A stretch of 64,000 nt of DNA, from the NCBI GenBank assembly GCA_951406725.2, contig OX597837.1, positions 35,092,001-35,156,000 of the forward strand, read 5' to 3'. Source of the DNA: Octopus vulgaris. Taxonomy: Eukaryota. Shown here piece after piece: positions 27,075-42,929 of this stretch (positions within the stretch are counted from its first letter, which is position 1; each line of letters starts with the position of its first letter). Under the pieces are notes generated by a model. That model ran no database searches and was not told the origin of the DNA. It saw only the letters and a program-made list of their open reading frames with translations. Made by a program: the position numbers and the translations under genes.

Positions 27075-27340
27075 TGGAGGCACGTGGCTTTGTGGTTAGG
27101 GTGTCAGCATCATGATCGTAAGAATGTGGTTTCGATTCCTGGCCCAGGCAATGTGTTGTGTTCTGTATTCTTGAGCAAAGCACTTCATTTCACGTTGCTC
27201 CAGTCCACTCAGCTGGCAAAAATGAGTAACGCTGCAATGGACTGGCGTCCTGTCCAGCTGGGGAACACATATGCCATAGAAACCGGGAAACCGGGTCCAT
27301 GAGCCTGGCTAGGCTTTAAAAGGGCGCATTTATTTTATTT
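27075..27340 (+). mobile_element. tRNA-derived SINE (ggaggcacgtggc head; ttgctccagtccactcagctg core)
   Basis: A/B boxes, (ttta)n tail; many decayed copies (e.g. 8590-8700, 43430-43550, 44240-44350, 48455-48585, 53530-53660, 56530-56665, 61340-61470). Confidence 0.7.
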
Positions 27341-27803
27341 TATATATACACAAACATACATATATACAAACACACACACACACTAGAAAGAACATCAAGT
27401 CTGGATTTTTGGGGTTTTGCTAAAAGTAGCGAGAGAGAAAGAAAGAGAGAGAGAAATAGAGGAAGAAAAAAAAAGCACGATGTAAGCAATAAATACCCAG
27501 ATACTCTCCCAGTTCTTACCCAGACTTTTCCCAGTCGAGGAAGCAAAATACGAAAAGCAAAACCCAAAATATATCAGTAAAAGACATTCAGAGCAGCAAT
27601 CTCCAAAATATGTCGGCCAACCTAACATGCAAGATTAGCCGTATAGATAACAGAAGGCTAAGCTAGATTTATATTGTATTATTATTATTATTATTATAGA
27701 AGAGAATACCTACAAACATAAGTATGTGTGTATATATGTGTGTGTGTATGTATATATGTATATATATGCACATACATACGCACACATATATTTATGCATA
27801 CAC

Positions 27804-27855
<52 letters not shown>

Positions 27856-27864
27856 GTATATTTA

Positions 27865-27907
<43 letters not shown>

Positions 27908-27976
27908 GTATATATATATACACATATGTATGTACATATATATATACATATTTATTATATATATGTTGTGGTGTGT

Positions 27977-29095
27977 TTAGCCATTAGTTGAAGCTGGGAC
28001 TTTGGGTGGATTTTTCTCATCAGCATTTGGATTTGATTGCTTCTCCAGTTCTTTGGAATTCCCGGTGTTGTTGTTGTGGCTTTCATTCTGTTGAAGATCT
28101 GCTACGTTGTTCACATCTTGGCTGCTGTTCAAAGCATTTTTGTCGTCTTTCGGAACTTCACTGCTGTTGTTGTCCTGCGCTTTGCTCTCCGACAACTGGT
28201 CGCTCGTAAGGGATTCTGAAAGCTGTGGGGACTGTACCGATGGTGAGCGCTCTCGGTCAACACTTGACTCAAGCGGTGGGCTGTTTACGGTATCTTGTCC
28301 CTGTGGACTCAGGGGTTTATCCAGTTCTTCGGTGTCTTTCGTATTGCTTTTGTCTCCAGATGAACCTTGATTGTTTTGAGCATTCTTATTCTCCGGCTCC
28401 TGTTCAGGTTGTTTATCGTTCAGATTGTCATCGCTCTTTGTCCTGTTACTCGAGAAAGAATCTTCTCTTCCGTCAGCGCCACCTACAGGTGAAACGGAGC
28501 TTTCAAAAGGATCTTTCTCAACCGCATTGGGTTCAGACACGGGAGATTCATTGTTTGATGTTTGATTGTCGGATATTCTTTGGTCATCTGCTTTGGCATT
28601 GCTGTCATTGGTTTCAGCTCTGCTGTCTTTCGTTGGTTCCACCTCTGGACTCTCGACTCGGTCATCATTATCCTTGACATCATTCTGAGCAGCTCCACCA
28701 TCATTATTGAACGCTTTCGAAGAGTCGGATGAACTACCATCTCCTACCTGTTTATTTGATTCTTCTTGTGCAAAGAATTGCCCTGGTGGCGGTGTGTTGG
28801 CGTGATTGTCTGCAAGGGATTCCTCAGATTTCCCGACTGTCTTTGAGTTCTTTGGTTCATCATTGGCTTTCTTCTCTCCCTCAGCATCAGTGGTGGTGTT
28901 CTTTTGATCAGAGTCCTTGGAGGATGATGTTGAATTCCCTAATCCCGCATCTGGTGCTGCTTGCCCCGAAATTTGGTCTTTAGCAGACTCACCGTTATTT
29001 GCAGTGGTTTTTTTGCTAGGAGAAACATCAGCATTCTTTTGGTTTTTGGTTCTTTGATTGCCTGAAACTTCATTTGTCTTTTTCTGTTCTTTTTC
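27977..29095 (-). CDS. Terminal coding exon (372 aa + TAA), acidic/Ser/Asn/Lys/Gln-rich, predicted intrinsically disordered
   Basis: Only long non-repetitive ORF in the window (27977..29221). Polypyrimidine tract and ctcttgcag acceptor end at 29096; phase-0 start [10 protein letters not shown]; ends PASTNG-stop. Confidence 0.9.
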   Translation of the reverse strand, partial: EKEQKKTNEVSGNQRTKNQKNADVSPSKKTTANNGESAKDQISGQAAPDAGLGNSTSSSKDSDQKNTTTDAEGEKKANDEPKNSKTVGKSEESLADNHANTPPPGQFFAQEESNKQVGDGSSSDSSKAFNNDGGAAQNDVKDNDDRVESPEVEPTKDSRAETNDSNAKADDQRISDNQTSNNESPVSEPNAVEKDPFESSVSPVGGADGREDSFSSNRTKSDDNLNDKQPEQEPENKNAQNNQGSSGDKSNTKDTEELDKPLSPQGQDTVNSPPLESSVDRERSPSVQSPQLSESLTSDQLSESKAQDNNSSEVPKDDKNALNSSQDVNNVADLQQNESHNNNTGNSKELEKQSNPNADEKNPPKVPASTNG

Positions 29096-29290
29096 CTGCA
29101 AGAGAGAAAATAAAAAAAATGAAAATAACAAAAAAAAAATGAAAATAACAAAAAAGAAAAAAGAAAAAAATGAAAATAACAAAAAAGAAAAAAGAAAAAA
29201 ATGAAAATAACAAAAAAACAATTGACTAATTCAAACCAAAATGAAGAAATAAGCTTTACATTTGACAGAGAAATCTGAATAATAAAGGGT

Positions 29291-29337
<47 letters not shown>

Positions 29338-29779
29338 CAGAGACAGAAAGAGAGAGAGAGAGAGAAGACTGGGTATTTATAAATAAATGAGATTTATATA
29401 GTAAATTTATATAGTAAATGAGACTATAGGTGCAGACATGGCCATGTGGTAAGAAGCTTTCTTACCAACCACATGGTTCCAGTTTCAGTCCCACTGCATG
29501 TCACCTTGGGCAAGTATCTTCTAATAGAGCCCCCAGGTCACCCAAAGCCTTATGAGTCGATTTGGTAGACAGAAACTGAAAAAGACCAGTCATGTGTGTG
29601 TGTGTGTTTGTTTGTTCCCCCATCACTGCTTGACAACTGGTGTAGGTGTGTTTACATCCCTGTAACTTAGCAGTTCAGCAAAAGAGACCGATAGAATAAG
29701 TACTGGGATTAAAAAATAAGTCAATTTGTTCAAGTAAAACTCTTCGAGGTGGTATTCCAGTATGGCCACAGTCAAAAGA

Positions 29780-29839
<60 letters not shown>

Positions 29840-30843
29840 ATACGACAGGCTTCTTTCAGTTTCTATCTACCAAATCCACTCACAAGGCTTCGAGGAAGAC
29901 ACTTGTCCAAGGTGCTATGTACCCGGAACTATGTGACTGGGGAACAAACCTCTAACCACACAGCCATGCCTGCAATAGCAACTAAATTTCTCTCAAACCA
30001 CACATTACCTACTTGAAGAGAAGCATACATTAAAAAAATTTAGTGCTTGTTATACCATGCTGTGGGGGGGGGGGGATGGGATGGTCATGGTTGGAACACA
30101 TTTTCAGACATAAGTACAAGTATATATATATATAAATACATACATACATACATTCATATACGTACAAACACACAAATATATACAAAAGGCTTCTGTACAT
30201 TTTCCACCAATTGAATCCCATTCAGAAAGCATTGTTTAAGGAGTTGTGCAGCAGGATTGAACTAAGAACCTCATGGTTGTGAAGCCAACTCCTGAATCGC
30301 ATGGTCAAACCTGCACCTTTGATCATAGATTGGTTCAATTGGGAAGCGCCAAAGAGCAACAACTTCCCGTATGATAGTGGGAGGCAAAAGAGAGGCAGTT
30401 CGATGAAGACATGTCAAAAGACCTGTGCTAGAAGACTTGACCAAAATGGGTGTCACCAGGGAAGAAGGGTGTACTTTGGCTCAGAGTGGCACCACTTGGA
30501 GAACTCTCATCACCTGATGTCCTTTGTGCAATCAGAAGTATCATCATCATCATACAGTTGCGTTCAAGGTAGGGTTTTAGTTTGAGGATACCATCTTCTC
30601 CTCTATCTTGCCAGTGTCAGGAACCCTGAAGAATGTCAGGGGCACTGTCTTTTCCCCTGACTAAGTGTAAAAATAAAACTCCTTCCAATCTCCTCTGTCC
30701 GAATAATGTGATAATGCAACTGGGTAATAACAGCAACAATTAAGAAGTTTTAATTCATGACTGGTTGATAGGAAGTTTGCACACGAACACACTCCAACCT
30801 CTTTCACATGCAGCCATGTTGTCTCATCTTCCTTTGTCATTTT

Positions 30844-30912
30844 TACTACTACTACTACTACTACTACTTCTACTACTTCTACTACTACTATTACTACTAC
30901 TACTACTACTAT

Positions 30913-30995
<83 letters not shown>
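30844..30995. repeat. (TAC)n microsatellite
   Basis: Direct reading. Confidence 0.95.
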
Positions 30996-31479
30996 TGGCC
31001 ACAGCTCATCAGAACTGGCTGGTCTTGTGTCCTCTCCACCACCCAGGCACCCCACTATCCCCAAATCCTTAGTCTCTCCTTCCCTGGACACCCTTATTCT
31101 GTCCTCTTCCTCCTCACCTTCTCAGGTCCTGCCATTAACCTCTACACCTAAGTCCTTCCTCCAATCCACAGAGCTTCATCCCTCTGGAGCTCCCTGTCTC
31201 TATACATGCGCAATGCTACCACGGCAGCTGTCAACCCACAAATGTTTAAAAGAGACATCAGCCATGTTAGTCTCACTGACCCCTGATGGTCTGTGAAGGC
31301 CAGTGGCACAGACTCTGCCTTAAACCAATAAGAAAAATAAAAAAATTGCTACTTACTGATTTCTTTATGGAAGTGTTTTTACTGCGAGATTCCTTTAAAA
31401 AAAATAGAAACAAAACAAAAATTAACTTTTAATTAAGATTACACACACATTTTAACAACTCTAAATTGGTTGTATATTT

Positions 31480-31660
31480 AATAATAATAATAATAATAAA
31501 ACATTGTGTACAGTGCTCAGGTGCACTACAACTCATCTAAAGTGCATATATAATCAGGTGTAGTTTTGACGGATTTCGGAAAGCATGAGGGCCTTAAAGG
31601 ATGCAGTGTCATGGCAGTCAACAACTGACGCAGGCAGTTTATTCCATGCTTCAGCAACTC
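31480..31660 (-). mobile_element. CR1-like LINE 3' end; shorter + copy at 14873-14990
   Basis: Minus translation VAEAWNKLPASVVDCHDTASFKALMLSEIRQNYT-stop, 3' UTR and (TTA)n tail. Confidence 0.75.
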
Positions 31661-32321
31661 TATTTCCCAAATAGACATCAATTATGCACATTCCAATAAG
31701 ACTAGTTTACTTTCACCCACCCCTATATTCTGTCCTCTTATTTACCACTCCTCATCCCTTCATCCAGAGTTGCTGCCCACTCTCTCTTCTGTCGTCCCTC
31801 ATTTACAGAGGGCACTTTAGGCCCTTAGTCATGCAAATTCTTAGGCAATCATCTCCAGTGTTGGTGCCAAGACAAAGAGCACCCAGCATGCCCTGGAAAA
31901 GGGGTTGGCATAAGGAAGGGCATCCATCTGTAGAGATCATGTCAAAGTAGGTAATGGTGTAGGATGCAGTCCTCCGACTAGTCAGATCCTGTCAAACCAA
32001 TTACTCCATACATGCACAGAAGCTGAACCATATGGGGTCAAACTACTTTACCTGTTTTATCTTCGACCTGGCCAGATCCTGCCTCTCACACTTACCTTAC
32101 AATATTATTCTAAAAATAAACAATCACATCATTGAAATCTCAAAGCCACAAGATACTGCATGACTAATTCATACCAAAGTGAAGAAATAAGCTTTATATT
32201 TGACAGAGAAATCTGAATAATAAAGGGTCAAATGAGAGAGAGAGACAGACAGACAGACAGAAAGAGGAGAGAGGGAGGAGGGAGAGAGAAAGAAGACTGG
32301 GTATTTATAAATAAATTTTAT

Positions 32322-33239
32322 AGGTGCAGGAGTGGCTGTGTGGTAAGTAGCTTGTTTACCAACCACATGGTTCCGGGTTCAGTCCCACTGCGTGGCACCT
32401 TGGGCAAGTGTCTTCTACTATAGCCTCGGGCCGACCAAAGCCTTGTAGACGGAAACTGAAAGAAGCCCGTCGTATATATGTATATATATGCGTGTGTGTG
32501 TGTGTTTATGTGTCTGTGTTTGTCCCCATAGCATTACTTGACAACCGATGCTGGTGTGTTTACGTCCCCGTCACTTAGTGGTTCGGCAAAAGAGACCGAT
32601 AGAATAAGTACTGGGCTTACAAAAGAATAAGTCTCGGGGTTGAGTTTCTTGATTAAAGGCGGTGCTCCAGCATGGCCACAGTCATATGACTGAAACAAGT
32701 AAAAGAGTAAAAGAGACTATAAAGGGGAGACAATCTGACACAATCCAATGTCATGTGACCTGCACTAAATTTTAACTTTGTCATCACCACTTCTAATGTC
32801 ATCAACGTGGCAGATCCCAGTCTGATGCAGGAAATAAACAGACACATCATGGTAAGGCTTCTAAACCCCCAAACCACCAAAAAGACTCAGAGATTACCAG
32901 ATTCTTCAATTGTGGTGAGGTTTCAGTGTTGTCTTAATCCTAAGGTCTGGGCACACTAGACAATTGCCCAGAGTCCTTACTAGTCTAGGGGTCCAATTCT
33001 GATCTGTGTATGCTATGGCTTTTTCTTTTTTTCTTTTACTTGTTTCAGTCATTTGACTGCGGCCATGCTGGAGCACCGCCTTTAGTCGAGCAAATCGACC
33101 CCGGGACTTATTCTTTGTAAGCCCAGTACTTTTTCTATCGGTCTCTTTTTGCCGAACCGCTAAGTGACGGGGACGTAAACACACCAGCATTGGTTGTCAA
33201 GCGATGTTGTGGGGGACAAACATAGACACACAAACACAT

Positions 33240-33292
<53 letters not shown>

Positions 33293-33905
33293 CACATATA
33301 TACGACAGGCTTCTTTCAGTTTCCGTCTACCAAATCCACTCACAAGGCATTGGTCGGCCCGGGGCTATAGCAGAAGACACTTGCCCAAGGTGCCACGCAG
33401 TGGGACTGAACCCGGAACCATGTGGTTGGTTAGCAAGCTATTTACCACACAGCCGCTGTCAATAAATAAATACTATAGGGCCCAATGCATTGCATTACCT
33501 GGGGTCCCATAATACACAAAGTAGTGGGATCCACAACTAGATGATGTGCATGAGGTCATCAGGTACAAATCCTGTAAGATAAAAAGAGGGAGAGGCTCAG
33601 AGGACTCTGAACATCACGTGACCTTGCAGCTCTCCATATCTGAGTCATCTGAGGTGGTCTACGTGCGAGTAGTAGTGTCAGAAGGTGGCACTGTGGGGTC
33701 AGGCACCATGGAGCCAGGGCCTCACTGAGGACCTGCTGTTGTGGGAAAAATGAACAGGTGTGGTAAGTAGCTTGCTAACCAACCACATGGTTCCAGGTTC
33801 AGTCCCACTGCGTGGCACCTTGGGCGAGTGACTTCTACTATAGCCCCAGGCCGACCAATGCCTTGTGAGTGGATTTGGTAGACGGAAACTGAAAGAAGCC
33901 TGTCG

Positions 33906-33938
<33 letters not shown>

Positions 33939-34150
33939 TTGTGTGTCTGTGTTTGTCCCCCTAGCATTGCATGACAACCGATGCTGGTGTGTTTGCGTCC
34001 CCGTCACTTAGCGGTTCGGCAAAAGAGACTGATAGAATAAGTACTGGGCTTACAAAGAATAAGTCCTGGGGTCGATTTGCTCGACTAAAGGCGGTGCTCC
34101 AGCATGGCCGCAGTCAAATGACTGAAACAAGTAAAAGAGCAAAAAAGAGA
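32322..34150. mobile_element. Three intronic copies of the same SINE family (32322-32715 +, 33030-33455 -, 33758-34150 +)
   Basis: Consensus matches; they form inverted pairs. Confidence 0.85.
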
Positions 34151-34564
34151 GAGTAGTTAACCCTAGCATCTTGGCACTCTTATGGTTGTGTCAGGGCTGT
34201 CACCAGGACTGGGGACAGTTTTATTGAATGGTATGTTTCACTGGTGCATCTCGCTGTACAAGGGGGCCATTGTTTGGTGACTTCAGTGGTTCTTGGGTTT
34301 TGCTTTTGTTTACAAATGCTTGGTACACCCTGTACATACACACACACACACACACACACAAACGCTTCATATATCCTGGTCACAATTTCTTCCAACAGGA
34401 GGCTCTGAACTAGTGATACTGCATCATAAGCAAGAAGAGGATGATCCTACTTGTTAATCCATTCTATGTTTCACTGGTGTATCTGGCTGAACAAAGGGGC
34501 CATTGTTTAGGGTCTTCAGTTGTTCTTGTGTTTTGCTTTCGTTTACAAATGCTTGGTACACCCT

Positions 34565-35554
<990 letters not shown>

Positions 35555-36189
35555 GGTGGTGCATCCGCATGGCCGCAGCTATGAGCTGAAAAGACAGCAA
35601 AAAAAAATGTATATATATATATATATATACACATATATATATACACCGGATGTGTTTACGGTATATGTAAATGAAGGTGAGACGTATTGACTATTGATGC
35701 TTAGATGAGTGTGTATGCACATGTGTTTTTTTCCTCTTTTCATTGTTTCCGTCATGTGACTGCAGCCATGCTGGAGCAACGCCTTTAGTTGAATAAATCA
35801 ACCCTCAGTTACTTATTCTATCAGTTCCGTTTGCCAAGCCGCTAGGTTATGAGGGACATAAACACACCAACATCGGTTGTCAAGTGACGATAGTGGTCGG
35901 GGGAGGGGACAAACACAGATACACAAATACATATATACATATATATATACGATGGGCTTCTTTCAGTTTCCGTCTATTATATCTATAAGATTCTGTTCAG
36001 CCCAAGGATATAGTAGAAGACACGTGCCCAAAGTGCTATGCAGTAGGATTGAACCCAGAAACCATGTGGTTGGTAAGCAAGCTTCTTACCACATAGCCAC
36101 TCCTGCATCTATATATAAATAAATGTGTATAAAGTCTTTGTGAAGAAAGTGTATGTATTCTCTCAAAAACACATTTTACATATATACAT

Positions 36190-36240
<51 letters not shown>

Positions 36241-36479
36241 CAGAGGTGTGTGTGTGTGTGTACCCTTATCTTGACATTGCGTGACAATTGTAAGTGAATG
36301 TCACCACCATTCGAGCATTGTTGTCATTTCCAGGCTTCCATAGAAGACATGTCTGCCCATTGAGAAATATTCAATTGCTTGGAGACAAGTGAAGGTTGGT
36401 GACAGGAAGGGCATCCATCCACAGGAAATCTGCCTCAACAGATTCCAGCTGATCCGTTGCAGGCAAAGAGAAGAGGACA

Positions 36480-37190
36480 ACAAAACAATGACAACAATGG
36501 TAATGATGACGATGATGATGATGATGACAATGGTGATGACAAGGATAAAGCTGACGATGAAGATGATGACAATGATGATGATGATGATAATGATGATGAC
36601 AATGATGGTAATGAAGATGATGATGATGGTGACGACAATGATGATGATGATGAAAATGATGACAACGACAACAATGATGATGACAACAAAGACGATGATG
36701 ATTATGATGATGGTGACAACAAAGACGATGATGATTATGATGATGGTGACAACAAAGACGATGATGATTATGATGATGGTGACAACAATGATGATGATGA
36801 TGATGACGGTGATGATGATGGTGATGATGATGATGGTGATGATGATGATGATGATAATGGTGATGATGATGATGGTGATGATGGTGACGATGATGATGAC
36901 AATGATGATGGTGATGATGATGATGACAATGATGATGGTGATGATGATGATGATGATGACAATGATGATGACGATGATGATGATGACAACGATGATGATG
37001 ATGGTGATGATGATGACGATGATGATGATGATGATGGTGATGATGATAATGATGACGATGATGGTGATGATGATAATGATGACGATGATGACAATGGTGA
37101 TTTTGACAATGACTATGATGATGGTGATGAAGTTGATGATGAAGATGGTCATGATGATGATGCTGACTGATGATGATGATGATGATTGAT
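36480..37190. repeat. (GAT)n-rich trinucleotide tract forming the expanded tail of a SINE
   Basis: Direct reading; follows ggaagggcatcc SINE body. Confidence 0.9.
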
Positions 37191-37439
37191 GCAGTTGATA
37201 GACATGTCTTGTTGACACTGTTTTGTAATGTCCAGTTTCTGTTTGTTACAGAATTAAGTGCATTGAATTAAGTGTACTTAGATTATTGATTGAATTTATA
37301 ATTGATCAATTTGTTTGTCTTTGTATCAACAACCTGCCTTTATCATTGATTCCAGGTTGCATCGATCCGGATGTGGCAATCCAGTTTGTAGTGATCATGT
37401 TTGAGAGATGCCTGACGTCTTGAATTATTGAGTCACTTC

Positions 37440-37622
37440 TAAAAATAATTCTTTTAAGTGACCCGGTTACAACAATCAGTTGTAAACGGGACCCAGTTTT
37501 TAATGATCTTATTACAGTGATCCAGTTTATAGCAATCAGTAGTGACCCAGTTAGCAGTTGGCTTGTTACAGTGACCCAGTTACAAGAATGAGTTTGTAGT
37601 GATTTTGTTACAGTGACCCAGT
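37440..37622 (+). repeat. Short diverged tandem repeat (acagtgacccagtt core)
   Basis: About 6 units. Confidence 0.6.
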
Positions 37623-37624
37623 CA

Positions 37625-38155
37625 GGAGAGGATATTGAAAAGCTCCTGGCCTTGGATAAAAGAAAATACAGGAGGATCAATTAATTATGATTTTATTCAA
37701 CATATTCCCCTCTCAGATTCACTCACTTATTGCAGTGGCCCTTCAGTTTTTCTAAGCCCTGTAAAAGAACTCGCAAGGTTGGGCCTCCAACCAGACCTTT
37801 CACAATACCCTTAAAGTGAGGAACTTTCCGGTGCCCTCTCATATATATATATCATCATCGTTTAACATCCGCTTTCAATGCTTGCATGGGTTGAATGATT
37901 TGACTGAGGACTATGTATGTATGTATGCATATAGACAAAGGAAAGCTGGAAGGTTCCTGGCATTAGGTAAAAGAAAATATAGGAGAATCAGTTAATACTG
38001 ATTTTATTCAACATATTCCCCTCTCAGATTCACACACTTATTGCAGCAGTCCTTCAGTTTTTCTAATCCCTGTAAAAAAACTCAGAAAGTTGGGCCTCCA
38101 ACCAGGCCTTTAGCAATACCCTTAAAGCCAGGAACATTTCAGCGGCCCCTCGTAC
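37625..38155. mobile_element. Two tandem ~215-bp copies of a Tc1/mariner-type MITE (37625-37842, 37940-38155)
   Basis: Near-identical direct copies with aaagctcctggc / gccaggaac..ttcagcggcccctcgta terminal inverted similarity. Confidence 0.6.
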
Positions 38156-38232
38156 AACAATCAGTTTGTCACGACCCAGTTTATGTCCACTGTTTACATT
38201 AGTCGAACTGGTGTCCCATCTTGATTGTTGCT

Positions 38233-38278
38233 TTCATTATATTTCAGTTGTTGTACACTTCAATCTTCCTCAGGTGTC
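38233..38278 (-). ncRNA. Degenerate hammerhead relic related to 10561-10606
   Basis: Minus strand reads GACAC-CTGAGGA-A-GATTG..CAACT-GAA-ATAT-A. Flank resembles 10510-10560; stems eroded. Confidence 0.35.
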
Positions 38279-39991
38279 TTGTGATTCACCTTACTAAAGT
38301 ACCAGCCGAGTACTAGTATCACTGTGATTGACTAATCTCCCCTACCCTCAAAATTTCTGGCCTTGTAAATAATTGTGAAACAATTGTTGAACAGGCTCTA
38401 TGATCAAGCAGACCTATGACGAAAGCCAACCCAGCCATAACCACCACCTTTTAACTGTTTAACATTCAAATTACTCAGTAAAATGTAATGTTTGTTTCTT
38501 CTCATTGTTTTGGACTAATCAAGCATTATCTCCGAGCTTTGAGATTTCCATGATGTGACCATTATATTTTTAGAAAGACAATGTAGGGTAGGTGCAAGAG
38601 GCCAGATCTGGTCAATTTGAACATAAAACAGGTAGAATATCTGGGCTGGATGTGGTCAGTTTAAATGCTAAAGGGAAAGAGAATACTCTCTCCAAGAATA
38701 TACAAAACATAAAGTATATTCTTCTTTTTTTTAAATAGTAGGACATGAATTAAAGGAAATTTGGCTGCTATTTCTTGCATTTCTTTTAGACTGAGCAACC
38801 ACAAAGAGATTCCCCTATTGGTTTGCAGACGATGAGGTTCAACTGATGGTCATTTTTTGGACTGTCCCCCGTCAGAAGAATATTTACTCTGCTGGGCTAA
38901 ATTCTATATGGGTGGTCATGGCCTTACTGCCCTGTTTCCAAATTCATCCCCACCACCAGTATCACTGTCACCCCTGCTCCTGTAACCACTACCATCACCA
39001 CCACCACCACTGCTTTCTCAACTATAACAGTTGCCACTACATCCACCACTACCACCACCACCACCTCTGTTTAGCAGTATTCCCACTAACATCATCATCA
39101 CTACCACCACCACTACAACCAGCACCATTCACTCTGCTACTACTAAAGCCACCACTGCCGCCACCACCACCACCACCATCGCCGCCACCACCACCACTAT
39201 CGCTGCCACCATCACCGCCGCTGCCGCCACTACCACCACCACCAGCATCATTGTCCTTGCCTTTGACTCTACCACTACAGAATGGACTCAGGAATGGCTA
39301 AACTACTGTCTACCCCGTTAAATTACTGGTACATATCCAATCAATGTTCAAAACAGTGGAAACAAGTTGAAGCTGTAATGTTAATCAAAGATTAATCTGA
39401 AGAATGGATTAGATAAGATTAGGAGGATTAGCTGTCATGTTAGGATTTAGAGTTTGAGTTAGGAACACACACACACACACACACACACAATTGTGGAATC
39501 ACATACACATCTAATCATGTACACACACACACACACACATACATTTATTCATGCATACACACATGAATCTACACATATATTCAGCTACACATATACGCAT
39601 ACACATACAATATGCATATACCCACACTCACACATACATTCAGTAATGCACACACACACACACAGAGTTATATACACACATATATGCTTATGTACATATA
39701 CATACCTGTCATGTTAGGATTTAGAGTTTGAGTTAGGAACACGCACACACACACAATTGTGGAATCACATACACATCTAATCATGCACACACACACACAT
39801 ACATTGATTCATGCATACACACATGAATCTACAAATATTCAGCTACACACATACACATACAATATGCATATACACACACTCACACATACATTCAGTTATG
39901 CACACATAAAGAAGCCCGTCGTATATCATATATATATGCATATGCATTGCTTGACAACCATGCTGGTGTGATTCACAGCGGTTCGCAGAGA

Positions 39992-40023
<32 letters not shown>

Positions 40024-40923
40024 TTCCATTTATACATACATTTAGTCTCATACACATTTACATTCATGCATATATATATACACACATACTCATACATACA
40101 TTTACAGTTATATATACACACACTACACACGTACAGTTATGTATATATAGACTTTCAATATATATGCATACACATACTCACACACACATATGCACATATT
40201 CAGCTGCGTACACATACCGATACATACATTTCCAGTTATATACACACGCAAACACACACACACACACTCATGCTCACACACATTAAGTTATGCATACAGT
40301 TATGTACACACACACACACACACACACATTTATACACACATTTACATTCATGCACACATAACATCATCATCATCATCATTTAGCGTCCGTTTTCCATGCT
40401 AGCATGGGTTGGACGGTTCTACTGGGGTCTGTGAAGCCAGAAGGCTTCATCAGGCCCAGTCAAATCTGGCAGTGTTTCTACGGCTGGATGCCCTTCCTAA
40501 CGCCAACCACTCCGAGAGTGTAGTGGGTGCTTTTTACGTGCCACCCGCACTGGTGCCAGACAGAGCTGGCAAACGGCCACGAACGGATGGTGCTTTTTAT
40601 GTGCCACCGGCACGAGGGCCAGGCGAGGCTGGCAACGGACACGAAACGGGGCAGTGCTGGCAACGGTCGCGAAACGGAAAGTTCTCTTATAATAGAAATA
40701 TGTTACAAAATATATATATATATATATCCATATATATATATATATATCCATACACACATATATATTCCTCCATACACACAAACATACACAGTTATGCACA
40801 CATACTCATACATACGCTTACAGTTATGTATACACACACTTTCAGTATAAATGCATACACATCCTTGCACACACATACACACAGATACAGTTGTGCACAC
40901 ATACTGATACATACATTTCCAGT

Positions 40924-40965
<42 letters not shown>

Positions 40966-41309
40966 CACGCACGCACATTTATACAATGGTAAATTGGCAG
41001 AAGTATTAAAGTGTTGGGCAAGATGACCTCTAGTATTTACTGAAGCACCTCATGCTCCGAGTTCAAACAGCACCAAGGTCAACTTTGCCTTTCATTTTCC
41101 CCGAGGTCAATAAGTGAAACAGCAAGAAAGAAGAGTTGACTATGGGTGCAGGCATAGCTCTGTGGTAAGAAGCTTGCCTCCCAATTGACATAGTTCTGGG
41201 TTCAGTCCCACTGCATGGCACCTTGGGCAAGTGGCTCCCACAATAGTCCCAGGCTGACCAAAGCCTTGTAAATGGATTTGGTAGATGGAAACTGAAAGAA
41301 GGCCATTGC

Positions 41310-41350
<41 letters not shown>

Positions 41351-42442
41351 TCCCTCACCACTGCTTCACAACCTGTGTCAGCGTTTACATTATTATAACT
41401 TAGCAGTTCAGCAAAAGCGACTGATATATACCAGGCTTTAAAAAAAAAAGCAAGTACTGGGCTTGATTCCTTCAACTAAAATTCTTCAACATGATGCCCC
41501 AACATGGCCACACTCAAATACCTGAAACAAGCATCATCATCATCATCATCATCATCGTTTAGCATCCGCTTTCCATGCTAGCATGGGTTGGACGGTTCAA
41601 CTGGGGTCTGGGAATCCAGGAGGCTGCACCAGGCTCCAGTCTGATCTGGCAATGTTTCTATGGCTGGATGCCCTTCCTAATGCCAACCACTCCGTGAGTG
41701 TAGAGGGTGCTTTTTACGTACTTGTTTTTTATAAGCTCCTAATTCAATTCATACATCGATGCCAGTACTGCCTGACTGGTCCTCATGTCAGTGGCACGTA
41801 AAACCCACCCACTACACTCTCGGAGTGGTTGATGTTAGGAAGGGCATCCAGTTGTAGAAACTTCGCCAGATCGGATTGAAGCCTGGTGTAGCGTTCTGGC
41901 TTGCCAGCCCTCAGTCAAACGACGCAACCCATGCCAGCATGGAAAGCGGATGTTAAGTGATAATGATGATGATGATGATGAATAGAACTAGAAGGCAACA
42001 GAGAATCGTGGAAATCTGCGCAAGCAGCACAACCAGATGATGATGATGATATAAACATACATAGGTGATGAGCTGGCAGAAACCTTAACACACCAGGTGA
42101 AATGCTTAGAGGTATTTCACCTGCCATTATGTTCTGAGTTCAAATTCCGCCGAGGTCAACTTTGCCTTTCATCGTTTCGGGGTCGATTAAATAAATACCA
42201 GTTACACACTGGGGTCGATGTAGTTGACTTAAACATTTTGTCTGTCCATGTCTGGAAGATGCACAATGTGAGGGAACACCTTTGATGCAATTCTGATGAA
42301 GTACCACTCTAATGAGCTAAAACCACAAACATTATGTAAACTTTCACTTTGATTTTTGTGTAAACTGTCATTGCAAAGAGAGTTGGTACAGAAACAATTG
42401 TAACGGATCATTAAAGATGTGTTAAAGGATTTCTTTGTCTTC

Positions 42443-42670
42443 TTAACCGTTTCGTTACCAACCCGGCTGAAACCACCTCTGGTTCTGAATACAAATGTCT
42501 TGTTTTCAAAAGTTTTGAATTAAAATCTTCCACCAAACCTTAATCACAATTTATGTTCCTAACTCAAGCTTAATGATAACTGAGTTATTTTACTAAATTC
42601 TTTGTTATATTTAAAGTAATTGAAAGAAACACAGAGCATCTCAAAATAAATACAGTAACGAAAGGGTTAA
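42443..42670. mobile_element. TTAA-flanked piggyBac-type MITE; related elements ~32040-32231, 38452-38675, 60512-60736
   Basis: ttaa-ccgtttcgttac ... gtaacgaaaggg-ttaa. Confidence 0.7.
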
Positions 42671-42868
42671 TATTTAGGTTTTATATATATCATCATCATC
42701 ATCGTTTAACGTCCGTTCTCCATGGTAGCATGGGTTGGACGGTTCGACCGGGGATCTGGGAAGCTAGAAGGCTGCGCCAGGCCCAGTTTGATCTGGCAGT
42801 GTTTCTACGGCTGGATACCCTTCCTAATGCCAACCACTCCGTGAGTGTAGTGGGTGTTTTTTACGTGC

Positions 42869-42929
<61 letters not shown>

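Noticed and set aside
29096-29221. Phe-rich N-terminus of ORF 27977..29221 as a signal or transmembrane segment
   Set aside because: It is the intronic polypyrimidine tract upstream of the acceptor.
36301-37218. Poly-Asp / poly-Met ORFs resembling acidic biomineral or Met-rich proteins
   Set aside because: Expanded (GAT)n tail of a SINE, antisense within an intron; no signal peptide or splice support.
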